DNA of 64,000 nucleotides from Convolutriloba macropyga (Eukaryota): NCBI RefSeq assembly GCF_964194025.1, contig NC_134475.1, positions 44,888,001 to 44,952,000 of the forward strand, read 5' to 3'. Shown piece by piece: positions 1 to 11,419 of this stretch (position 1 is its first letter; each line of letters starts with the position of its first letter). The notes under the pieces were generated by a model. It saw only the letters and a program-made list of their open reading frames with translations, ran no database searches and was not told where the DNA came from. The position numbers and the translations under genes were made by a program.

Positions 1-433
1 TCAAGGGGAAGAAAATCCCAGCATTCTTGGTTTCCAAGCGAAACCTGATCCTAAACATGATGAATTTTATCATATTGGTTATAAATTAGACAGCAATCAT
101 AACAGACACACAGGCAACATTCCTGTTGACATAACTTGTGGATCACAATTAATTTTGTCTACATTGATGTCATTTAATACCAGCTTGTTGGTGACTCACG
201 TGTCCCAGTCCTCCAAATCATTGATTCAGAAAGACGTTTGAAAAACGGCAGCTTGAACACTGTTACTAATGTTTATCATAAATCTTACACAAACTTAGAT
301 TTAAAAAAAAATTGCTTTCAAACGATATTCAAAGCATCAAAATTGAGCTGAGAACTGTGACTGGGGGGCTCATTCCTTTTACACTACTTGTAAAGATGTC
401 GTTAGTCTCAAGTTCAAGAAAATCAAATATATA
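1..433 (+). pseudogene. Polinton minor capsid protein (penton), C-terminal part, copy 1
   Basis: Frameshifted PVDITCGSQLI..VGDSRVPVL..DIQSIKIELRT..GLIPF..SLKFKK matches the Polinton minor capsid C-terminal pattern (VGD..P.L; I.I.LR...G..IPF). Confidence 0.75.
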
Positions 434-870
434 ATGGAGGCGTACTACAATAGCCAAGCATCCAATTCGATGCCTCATTTCACAGGACATTACAGGCAAA
501 AAGGAAGCGGTTTTGGAGCATTGGTTTCTGGTATTGGACGCGTGGCTTTACATTTGGCTAGACGCAATATTTGGCCAACCGCAAAGAGAAATGGAAGAAA
601 GCTTCTTGTAACAGGAGCTCCAGCGATAGCTGAATTTGCAACAAAGAAGAAGACAACAAAGCAGGCATTGAAAAGTACAGCAGCAAAAACAATTAAAAAA
701 CAATCAGGAGGATCACGTCATTTTCGTCGGCGTATCATCAGACAAAACAAATCGAGTGGAGGCAAAGCTTACCAGAACCAAAATTCACCAATTAAAGCGC
801 CATTTCTTCAAAGACCAAGCTGCAAAGAAGTCGATCGGATTTCTTCTCTAAGGTCAAAAATGCGCACTAA
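434..870 (+). pseudogene. Polinton basic core/membrane-active virion protein, copy 1
   Basis: MEAYYNSQ..F.GHYRQKGSGFGAL.. (YY..Q / QxGxG motif), K/R-rich, with adenain-type sites QSGG and SSGG; typical position between minor and major capsid genes. Confidence 0.7.
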
Positions 871-2106
871 CATTGTTACATCCTCTGATGCAACACATAG
901 TTCAATGGACTTGTTCGAGAAACCTCGGCTGCTTGTTACACTTGACCAAGCTTTCGCGCAGAAAACTGGTCCTACTGGATTCTAACTGGAATTTGAAAAT
1001 GTTGGAGACCGAAACCATTTCATGGACTTACAGAAAATTGTTCTTGAGGTAAAGTGTCGCATTGTTCAAAGCAAAAGAAACAATTTACGTTATACTGCTA
1101 GAGACGCTAATACGAGTGACACAGTCTACTTCGTCAAGAATACTTTACACTCTTTATTCGCTGATTGTACAGTGTCAGCTAACGGTATCAAAATTTCATC
1201 AGCTAATGGACACTACGCACACAAATGCGTCATTGAAACTGAATTTTCTCATGGCTCAGACGCGAAAAGCACTTGGTTGAAATATCAAGGATATGAAATG
1301 GAATCTGATCTAAACGCAATTCCAAGCGCTATTTTTACCCAACGGGAGATACTTGTTCGAAGATCAGCCCAGCTTACACTATACAGTAAAGTTGACGTGG
1401 ACTTTTTCTCATGTGAGAAGCACCTAACAAGTGGAGTCACGTTGCGAATTTCGTTCGGAAGATCACAAAATGACTTTGTTATGATGAGTGATGACGGTGC
1501 AAAGCATTATCAAGTGAAAATAGATGAAGAGAAATGACATCAACGTATAATGTGCTGGGAGTAATTGAAAAAACTCTTCTGAAAACCCCAGCCATGTATC
1601 GATACATCGGAGTTATATCGAAAGTCTTTCTCGCAACTGCTGGACAACAAAGCTGGAAGCAAAAAGATATTATCACAAAAGAACCCATTCGAAGACTTAT
1701 TTTTGTAATGCCTGCAAGTGCCGCTTTCATTGGATTGGATATTCAAAATCCGTTTTCATATCAAAAGTTTGGTCTGAACGAGATAACTTTTTACCGCAAT
1801 GGATTTGCTACTGCAATGTCGACCAGAGACAATATGAGGCTATACTTCAATTCTCTGGGAGCCTTGGCTTTCATTAAAAGTGGTCAGGGTATATATTTGA
1901 CTGATTTCCCACGCCATTATACAATGGTGTTTGATCTTACTAGTAACCAAGAAGCCACACATGATTTTATTCATCCCGAGTTGACAAACTCATCATTATT
2001 AGTCGAACTCAAGTTTAGCGCAGCATTACCAAACATTATTGAAATATTATTCTTGGGAGATATATTTTCAACAGTATGTTCGAAAAACGCTCCTTCTATG
2101 AGCTAA
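860..2106 (+). pseudogene. Polinton major capsid protein, copy 1
   Basis: SSMDLFEKP, LEFENVGD, NTLHSLFADCTVSANG..YAHKCVIET, NPFSYQKFGL, VFDLT, VELKFSAALP, spread over ORFs 434-985, 1022-1537 and 1534-2106 with frameshifts. Confidence 0.85.
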
Positions 2107-2560
2107 TGGATCAAGATCAGATATTAAATCGATACAGAAATCCAACCAATTGAAACATAAATTGTACGGTGTCTTTGCCGTGGACAACTTTCCCCTGAAA
2201 ATGTCACCAAACACTTTTACTATCGTCAACGCTTCACCCGCTGCATCAATTGGTACGCATTGGGTTGTGTTAGCAAGAAGAAATGCGTATTCAATTATCT
2301 TTTTTGAAGACCCATTGGCTTTACCAATTTATTTATATAGACATATTTCTGACCGCCTAAGAAGCATCAGTGCAGAAACTATATATGTGGAGTTTATGGA
2401 GGACAGACGAGCAGACGCAAAACCATTGCAAAGCGCAGACTCTCAATTATGTGGTCTTTTTTGCATATAAACTTCTCACTGTATTCTGAGTGATTACTTT
2501 TCTTTCATTCCTGATGTAAATCAGATTTAGTTGATGACTTTTGTTAAACATAAACTTAAA
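2106..2560 (+). pseudogene. Adenain-like cysteine protease, copy 1
   Basis: GVFAVD, IVN..GTHWVVL (His), FFEDPL (Asp), LQSADSQLCGLFC (Gln/Cys); ATG overlaps the major capsid stop (TAATG, 2104-2108). Confidence 0.85.
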
Positions 2561-2998
2561 AATGTTCGTAAATACAAACAAAACTTTGTCTAGAAGCTCA
2601 AAGTTTTCCAGACAGAAAGCCCTGGGATATGTTGACATTAATGCTCTCAGAAATAAACCAATCTCAGCAGCTAGGTCTAGTTAAACTTTGTCAGGGGACA
2701 ATCGCACACAAAGTCAATAAGTCCCCCAGGTGACAAAATTTATTGACGCTGATTGTGGTTCAAGATTGCTTGAACAAACAAAGTGAGTTTGCTTTTAACT
2801 TATTGGTCGAAGATAATCAAAAAATATTGGCTACAGAAATTGGAAAATCACCAATTGCTTTCTGCTTTCGTTTCTATTGATCAGTTGACAAAAATTTACT
2901 TTTTGTTTTCACTTTTAAAATTGATTTTCACTGCCTTCAACACTGCTCTCCTCTTTACAATTGAAGACTAAAACGTGCTGGAGAAAAAATTCTTCAAA

Positions 2999-3100
2999 AT
3001 GAGTCCCGTAGTGTGTAACATTTGTCAAAAACATATTGCTTGCAAAAGAATTCTACGACGACATCGAAAAACACTTATCAAAATCTGCACCCCCAGCAAC
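2999..3100 (+). pseudogene. Truncated 5' end of pPolB (first C2H2 finger) at the tandem-duplication junction
   Basis: MSPVVCNICQKH..RRHRKT matches 6503 onward; similarity stops after CAGCAACT (about 3101), where minor capsid sequence begins. Confidence 0.75.
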
Positions 3101-3832
3101 TTGTCAGATACAGCTAGAATTACAGTGGAAATTTGTTTAAAGTCTATATCCTTCCCATCAACTATTAACAATGTCAACTCTGCAGAAATAGTTGTTTATA
3201 TCGACTCCGGATCTCAACTTGATGCTTCACACCATCGATCCGGCCAACTCAGGAAATTTCGAAAATGTATTTACAAAAGCTGGGAAGATCTTTTTCAGGA
3301 AATTAATTGGGTAGCTCATTTGACACAGTTTGACTCAAAATTGATTTCGTAAAAGGAAAACTCATTTTGACATTTGGTAAAACCGAGGGAATGTCGTTCC
3401 AGGGCGAGGAATTTCCCAGCATTCTTGGTTTCCAAGCAAGACCTGATCCTAAACATGAAAGATTTCATCATATTGGTTATAAATTAGACAGCAATCATAA
3501 CAGACACACAGATGACTTTCCTGTTGACATAACTTGTGGATCACAATTAATTTTTTTTCTACATTGAGGTTATTGAATATCAGCATGTTCGTGACTCACG
3601 TGACCCATTCCTCCAGAACATTGAGTCTGAAAGACGTTTGAAAAACGGCAGCTTGAACACTGTTACTCATGTTTATTATAAACCTTACACAAACTTAAAT
3701 TTTAAAAAATCGCTTTCAAACGATATTCAAAGCATCAAAATTGAGCTGAGAACTGAGACTGGGAGACTCATTCCTTTTACTGGGACTGGTAAAATTGTCG
3801 TTAGTCTCAAGTTCAAGAAAATCAACTATAAA
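3101..3832 (+). pseudogene. Polinton minor capsid protein (penton), copy 2
   Basis: SISFPSTINNV near the N-terminus; FPVDITCGSQLI, IEYQHV.D, SIKIELRTETGRLIPFTGTGKIVVSLKFKK; aligns with 1-433 at an offset of about 3400. Confidence 0.75.
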
Positions 3833-4269
3833 TTGGAGGCGTACTACAATAGCCAAGAATCCAATTCGATGCCTCCTTTCTCAGGACATTACAGGCAAAG
3901 AGGAAGCGGTTTTGGAGCATTGCCTGCTAGTATTGGACGCGTGGCTTTACCTTTGACAAGATGCAATATTTGGCCAACCGCAAAGAGAATTGGATAAAAG
4001 CTTCTTGTACCAGGGGCTCCAGAGATAGCTGAATTTGCAACAAAGAAGAACACAGCAAAGCAGGCATTGAGAAGTACAGTAGCAAAAGCAGTTAAAAAAC
4101 AATCAGGAGGATCGCGTCATATTGGTTTGCGCACCATCAGAAAAAACAAATCGAGTGGAGGCAAAGCTTACCAGAACCGACATTCACCAATTACAGCGCC
4201 ATTTCATCAAAAACCAAGCTGCAAAGAAGTCGATCAGATTTCTTCTCTAAGGTCAAAAATGCGCACTAA
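3833..4269 (+). pseudogene. Polinton core protein, copy 2
   Basis: EAYYNSQ..QRGSGFGAL; start codon mutated to TTG; nonsense codon at 3995-3997. Confidence 0.7.
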
Positions 4270-5496
4270 CATTGTTAACCCCTCTGAAGCAACATAGAGT
4301 TCAATAGACTTGTTCGAGAAACGTTCGCTGCTTGTTACATATGACCAAGCTTTCGAGCAGAAAAATGGTCCCCTTTATTCTCCTACTGGACCTTCACTGG
4401 AATTTGAAAATTTTGGAGACAGAAACAATTTCATCGACTTACAGAAAATTTTTCTTGAGGTAAAGTGACGCATTGTTCAAAGCAAGGGAAAAAATAACGT
4501 TATACTGCTGGAGACGATAATAAGAGTGACACAACCCACTTTGTTAATAATACTTTACACTCTTTATCCGCTGATTGTACAATGTCAGATAACGGTATCA
4601 AAATTTCATCAGCTAATGGACACTACGCACTCAAATACTTCATTGAAACTGAATTTTCTCATGGCTCAGACGCACTTGATTGAAATGTCAAGGATATGAA
4701 TACGAATCTGATCCAAATGCAATTCCAAAGGCTAATATTACCCAACGGGAGATACTTGTTCGAAGATCAAACAAACTATCACTAAACAGTAAAGACGCCT
4801 TGGAGTTTTTCTCCTGTGAGAAGCACCTAACAAGTGGAGTCGCGTTGCGAATATCTTTCCGCAGATCACAAGATGACTTAGTTATGATGATTGATGACGG
4901 ATGATGACGCAAAGCATTATAAAGTGAAAATAGATGAAGCTAATTTGTTTGTTCCAAAAATGACATTATCGTATTATGTGCTGGGAGGAATTGAAAAAAC
5001 TCTTGTGAAAACCCAAGCCAAGTATCGATACAACGAAGTTATATCGAAAGCCTTTCTCGGAACTGCTGGACAACAAAGCTGGAAACAAAAAGATGTTTTC
5101 ATTAAAGAACCCATTCAAAGACCTATTATTGTAATGTCTGCAAGAGCCGCTTTAATTGCAACAAATATTCAAAATCCGTTTTCATACCAACCATTTGGTC
5201 TAAATGAGTTAACTGTTCACCTCTGGGAGCCTTGGCTTCCATTGAAAGTGGTCACAGTTTATCATTGGCTGATTTTCCACGCCATTATATAATGGTGTTT
5301 GATCTCACTAGTAACCAAGAAGCCACACATGATTTTTTTCATCCCGAGATAACAAACTCATCGTTATCAGTCGAACTCAAATGCAGTGCAGCATTACCAA
5401 ACAACATCGAAATATTATTCTTGGGAGAAAAAATCTTCAACAGTATACATCGATTCTGCGATAAACGTTTCCAAAAACGCTCTTCCTATGAGCTAA
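4259..5496 (+). pseudogene. Polinton major capsid protein, copy 2
   Basis: Collinear with 860-2106; several stops and frameshifts, and a deletion near 5215. Confidence 0.85.
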
Positions 5497-5950
5497 TGGA
5501 TCAAGATAAGATATTCAAGTTGACACAGCAACCCAAACACGTGAACATAAATTCAACGGTGTCTATGCCGCGGACAATTTTCCCCTGAAAATGTCACCAA
5601 ACTCTTTTACTAACGTCAACGCTTCGCCCGCTGCAACAATTGGTCCGCAATGGGTTGTGTTAACAAAAAGAAATGCGCATACAATTATCTACTTTGCAGA
5701 TCCACTGGCTTCACCAATTTATTCATAAAGACGTATTTCTGACCGCTTAGGAAGCATCAGTGCAGACACTATTTATGTGGAGTTTATGGAGGACAGACGA
5801 GAAGATGGAAAACCATTGCAAAGCGCAAACTCTCAAATATGTGGTCTTTTTTGCACATAAATTTTTCACTAAATTCCGAGTGATTACTTTCCTTTCTATC
5901 CTGATGTAAATCAGATGCAGTTGATGACTTTTGTTAAATATATGAATTGA
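5496..5950 (+). pseudogene. Adenain-like protease, copy 2
   Basis: Collinear with 2106-2560; the HW motif is mutated to QW; LQSANSQICGLFC retained. Confidence 0.8.
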
Positions 5951-7356
5951 ATATTCCTCCGAAATTTTTTGAGTTTACCTTAGAGTCATGATTCAGCTAA
6001 CCCAACTGCAGAACCTAAAAACAAAAGAACAGATCAATCTGAAAAACAAAAAAAACAAATTATAAATCTCCGTAATTTCAAAATAAAACTTTGTCTAGAA
6101 GCTCAAAAGTTTCCAGACAGAAAACCCTGGGATATGTTGACATTAATGCTCTCAGACATACTCCAATCTCAGTAGCTAGGTCTAGTTAAAGTTTGTCAGG
6201 GGACACTCGCACACAATGTCAATAAGTCCCCCAGGTGACAAAATTTATTGAAGCTGATTGTGGTTACAGATGTTTGAACGAACAAAGTGAGTTTGATTTT
6301 AACTGATTGGTCAAAGATAATCGAAAATTATTGACTACAGAAATTGGAAATTCTCTCATTGCTTTTTGCTTTCGTTTCTATTGATCTGTTGACAATATCT
6401 TGCATTTTGTTTTTACATTTAAAAATGACTTTCACTGCCTTCTACCCTGCTCTCCTCATCACAATTGAAGACTAAAACGCGCTGCAGAAAAAAATCTACA
6501 AAATGAGTCCCGTAGTGTGTAAAATTCGTCAAAAACATCTTTCCTGCAAAAGAAGTCTACGACGACATCGAAAAACAGTTCACATAATCTGCGCCCTCAG
6601 CAACTCGTTCGAGTGTCATGACTGTGGTCATGAAACCAAAAAATTATATGAAACGACAGGTCATATGACACTTCAACACGCAAAGACCAGTCTTCGATAT
6701 TGTCTGTACTCTAACAGAATTTTCAGCCAAGACAATGACTACATGGAACATATGAATGGTGTATATGGTTTGCCAACATGGAATGTTGACGCAGATAAGC
6801 TTCAAGAAAACGGACTACTACCAGTTGAAAAAGTTTTTGGTAACTATATGAACTCATCTGAGAAATCAGACAAAATAACTATCCATGTACCATCAAAAAT
6901 GGAACAAATCAACTTCGGAGGTATTGCAGACAAATGTTTCCACCAAATGGTTGAACAGATTCTCATGTCACTTAACAGCTTTACATCTCACGGTAGCGGC
7001 TGGACGTTGGATCAGATAACGAAAATCAAAATTCATACAGTAAAATCGAAGCCAATCACAGGCTCGACTTATTTGGCTTTTCCACAGAGGCTCTCACGTA
7101 CGTCAGGTCTCCTTAATATCAGAAACAGAGAAGATGAAAAGTGCTTCTTCTATTGCTTCACCGCTGCATACCATTTGAAGTAGGGACCACAATTTGTACC
7201 ATCTGGTAGATCGACACGAGAAACAAATAAACCTTATACATATGGACCATAAAACAAAATTGCCCAGCAGCCAATGGGACCGTATAACATGCCCATGTGG
7301 TTTCACCAGATGACTTGATTTGAGGAGATGAACAATGTTTGTGCGAATGTATTTCG

Positions 7357-7479
7357 GTAAGTCAAGCTTTTTTCCCATATTCAAAAATTATAGTTAATAC
7401 GACAAATGAATGCATTGATTGTATACTTTTCTCTATATCCATTAGAATTTTTTTTTTAAAAAAACGCATTTCAATCTAG
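7357..7479 (+). other. Spliceosomal intron 1 of polB (123 nt, phase 2)
   Basis: CG|GTAAGT ... TTTCAATCTAG|G; removal joins FEEMNNVCANVFR to ..RLIPFRVSKK..LDLLLL..HYVLIRNL; the intron is AT-rich and has in-frame stops. Confidence 0.8.
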
Positions 7480-10003
7480 GTGCTCCGACTAACGACTGAT
7501 CCCCTTCCGTGTCTCAAAAAAAGCCGACGTTGAATTTAATCTTGATTTACTTCTGCTAAGCGATGAATCGATTCATCATTACGTTCTTATCAGAAATTTG
7601 AATAGTTCATAAAGTGCGGAAAAGAGTTCCCCGAACTGATAATCATCTGTGCAGGAATTGTTTCCATATCTACGGTTCAAAAGCAAGATACGAAAGTCAT
7701 GTGTCTTGTTGTCGACAGAAAAAGCAAGCTCTTGTAAGAATGCCCGATAAAAAACAAAAACTCCCTTACATTTAGAAAATTTCAAGCTCGCTGGTTTGCG
7801 CACTTGGTCGGCTTTTTTCATCTCGAGTCAATCATTGAACCAGTCATGAGTCGTAGAAACTATCCACGGCTTTCTGAAACGCGGAAAATAGAAATGCATA
7901 AACCGTGCAGCTATGCCTTACTGTTTATAACACAAGGTCAAGATGAACCATTTCACTTTGCATTTGAAAGGGGTCCTGGAGTAATGCAGCAATTTGTGGA
8001 GTCGCTGCAGCAAAAGAAGAGGCCAAGACAATATATGTCAAGAAACAACAAAACTGATACTTCGACAAAGTACAAAGAATCGCAAGATCTAACGTTGAAA
8101 ATTGTTGGGTTTGCGGATCTCCATTAGGTCAATTGTACGAAAACCCGACAGTGCTTGACCATTGTAACTTCACGGGTGACTTCTTGGCTGTGCCCACAAT
8201 GAATGTAACATCAACCGAAAACTTTTAAACTATACCCCGTTTTTTGCGCAAAAATCATTCTAACTATGAACTCCACCACGTAATACTTGTACTTCAAGGA
8301 AGCAATTTGCGAAACCGAGTTACAATAGTCACAACCACAGATGAGAAAGATATAGCACTTGAAATTGGAGTTTTCGTCAAAATGCGGTTAGACAAAAACA
8401 ATAAGGAACTACCTCTTTTCGCTTCATGCCATCGTTCCTCGACTCATTGGCTAAAAACCTGTCATCAGAGGAGTGCAAGTTGTTGGAGCAGCACTTCATT
8501 AGATGGCCAGAAATTGCTGTCGACAATTTGAAGCAGAAACGCTTCTTCCTATCTGGTTACATTGACAACTTCGACAAGCTGGCAGAGTCTGACCTTCCTC
8601 CGCGTTCTATGTGGACTAACAGTTTACGTCAGTTTGAAGTCGCTGTATCAGAGGAGCGAAACGAGCAAGCAGTAGATGTATTCGAAATTTTCCAATGTAG
8701 TTCAATTGGCAAATACTACCATTTTTATCTGTAAACAGACGTTTTTCTGTTTGCAGCCGTAGTACTCTGTTTCCGAAAAATTTGTTACGAAGCATATGGT
8801 TTGGATTGCTGTCATTTACACTGCATCTAATCTATCAGGTGACGCAATATTGAAAATTTGCAAAGCCCGGATAGAGTTGCTTATCCAGCGCGATCACCTA
8901 GACATGGTAGAAAAGTTGGTCCGCGGAGGGATTAGTTCCGTTTACAGTAAAAGATTTTCAATGGCCAACATAAAATATCTCGAAAATTTTGATGCACAGA
9001 AGCCGTCAACCTTCTAAATGCCGGAGTGATGGAAAATTTCTACTTGTCACTTAATGATTTTGATTTTTTTCGATCAATTATGGAATTCAGAAATTGAACA
9101 AAAACTAATCAACAAAAGAGCCTGAAAATGGCAGTGATTTGGCCTCATTGTAGAAGTAGACCTTGACTATCCCGATGGTCTTCACCAACTACACTCTGAC
9201 TTCCCTTTCGCACCAACAACGGACAAAATTGATCCATATTGGCTACCAAGAGGAACTACTTGTGCAGCTGAACGCCCCTCCTTCGAAAATAAAAATCATT
9301 TTCACCAAAACTAAATAAACTCTGCATTATCAGACACTCAAGTTTTATGTTGAGCTTGGGCTGAAAGTAACCAGTTCATCGAGCACTTGAAATTAAGCAG
9401 TCCAAATGGGTGGCCTCATACGTTCAGCTGAAATTTTGAAAGCGCAAGGAAGCTAAGAACAAATTCGAAGAGAATTTCTATAATTATATGGTAAACAGCG
9501 CTTTCAAAAAAACATATGAAGGTAAACGTAACCGGATTAAGGTCAAGCTGGTACATGATGAACATGAAGCATTGAAATCGACTAGCAGACCTTAGGTGAA
9601 AACTTTTCAAATCATTGCCAATCATTTGGCTACAGTAAGTCTCAACAAGACCAAAATATTATATGATAAACCTACAACCGTTGGAGCATGTATCCTCGAC
9701 CTCTCGAAAAAATTCGTGTTTGAGTTTCACTACAAAACCATGAAACACAAGTTTGAATGCAAAATCCTTTATTCTGTCACGGATTAATTTGTTTACGAGG
9801 GGCAAAAAGAGGATTTTTTGTGCACATAGAATCAAAACAAATGAAGGAGACGTTTGACTTGTCCAACTTTCCAAAGAACCATCAGCAATACGATGAAACC
9901 AACGCAAAAGTGACGCTCAAGTTCAAGAATGAGATGGCTGGTTGAACAGTGTCTGAATTTGTAGGTCTCAAGCCAAAACACTACTCGATCAAACTTTCGG
10001 AAG

Positions 10004-10161
10004 GTAAACATTTCTTTTTTTATTCGCTAGCTTTTTGCTTCGCAGGCGTCAAGAAAAATCAGTGAGACGACGTGATTGATGATGCACTTTTTGTCTGCTT
10101 TTTCTTTAGTAGCTACAATTGAAATCAGTTTTCTAAAATTGATCGGAAATTTTTTTCACAG
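10004..10161 (+). other. Spliceosomal intron 2 of polB (158 nt, phase 1)
   Basis: GAAG|GTAAAC ... TTTTTTCACAG|GT; removal restores the frame GLKPKHYSIKLSEG-DGKQPAKGV. Confidence 0.85.
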
Positions 10162-11046
10162 GTGATGGGAAACAGCCAGCTAAAGGTGTCACCAAAGAAG
10201 CTGGCCAGAGAATAACTCATGAATTGTACAAGCAAGTTCTCATGGGTGGAGATACTGTGCGCCTGGTAAATACAAGAATTGCATCAAGCAAACATCAGTT
10301 GATGACAGTTATTAACAACAAATATCGTTGTCCGGATACGACGACAAGCGCTATCTTTGCCAGGACAAAATAACGACGCTACCATACGGCCATGAGCAGT
10401 TGCGAGATGAAATGTTTGCAAAACAGATTATTGCAACCCAGATTGGGGTTCAAGTGATGAGAGTGAGAACGAAGTCCTGACAGAGTCTTCCTTGGGACAA
10501 AGACCATCACCTACTCATTATACTCCACAACCAGAGCTGCAAGGGTTTTGGTCTCCTCCTTAACTGGATCTCAACCAACTATCATACAGCAATGATGAAC
10601 TTGAAGGGTACTTGATTGACTTTGAACTGTTGAGCGAACAAGAAGACACTTCCGACCACGACCAGTGCTTATTTTTAGACGATGAAGCCCTGGAATCAGA
10701 TTGAAGTGAAAGTATTCTCGACATTTGCACTACCTCAGCAGTGTTTTCTCTCGAAAACCCTCCTGATGAGCCACGAAAAAAAAACAAAATGCAGGTCAGA
10801 CTCGAATCTGGACAAGAGCAGCGTCCTTAATATTACACCAAAAAAATATCTCACAAGCCCAAAACAGTTTGAAATTGTTTCCGACGACGACAGTGATATT
10901 CCTCAGAAAATCAAGAAGCGGTCAGTAATTGAACTCGACTTTGATAGTGCTGCTCCGCTATAAATTCATTACTCTATCTACCGTTCATGACAATCAGTTA
11001 TGTGGTAATGTGGTTGTCTACCTTCCGGTTTGGCCTACATACCGTA

Positions 11047-11052
11047 AATAAA
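11047..11052 (+). promoter_or_regulatory. Candidate polyadenylation signal of polB
   Basis: AATAAA about 85 nt after the last polB-tail stop (10963); conserved in the duplicate near 22423. Confidence 0.4.
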
Positions 11053-11419
11053 AAACTTTTCACTTCATCTCCCAGTGAAGACAAAAATTTTTCTACAACA
11101 AGGGACACTATCTAAATCATTACACAGTAGGATTTAAATATACGGATATCTTTTTTTAGATGAGAACAAATTCTATTAAAAATTTTGTCTAATAGCTTGG
11201 CTCCTGGTAGCTAGGATTGAATATTTAGATCTTTTTTACCCTTATGAGCACTACAGAACACTCGTCTTGAATGGCTCGTCTTTGTTAACCCCTAAGGTTA
11301 CTACAGAAGACGATAACCCTCAAATAGCTCAAATATCGGTATGCTAGGATTGAACATAATAAATCATTTTTGACCTTTAGGGCACTACAGAACACGTTAA
11401 ATACCGAAACAATAATTTT

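Larger units (their letters stand above)
6503..10963 (+). pseudogene. polB: Protein-primed family B DNA polymerase (C2H2 fingers, terminal-protein region, vOTU-like, exonuclease with EndoVII/HNH insert, polymerase, acidic tail), with 2 introns
   Basis: GSGW..KPITGSTY..NIRN.EDEKCFFYC; HYVLIRNL; HKPCSY; CWVC..VLDHCNFTG..AHNECN; RGGISSV; VEVDLDYP..LH..DFPFAP; MVNSAF.KT; YSVTD (YSDTD in the duplicate); GLKPKHYS; AKGV; DDKRY..TLPYGH. Many stops and frameshifts. Confidence 0.92.

Noticed and set aside
2975-3352. Intact 125-aa gene
   Set aside because: Chimera of the polB start and minor capsid sequence at a duplication junction.
1-10963. Active virus or bacteriophage
   Set aside because: Every gene has stops or frameshifts; introns and gene families are eukaryotic Polinton type.
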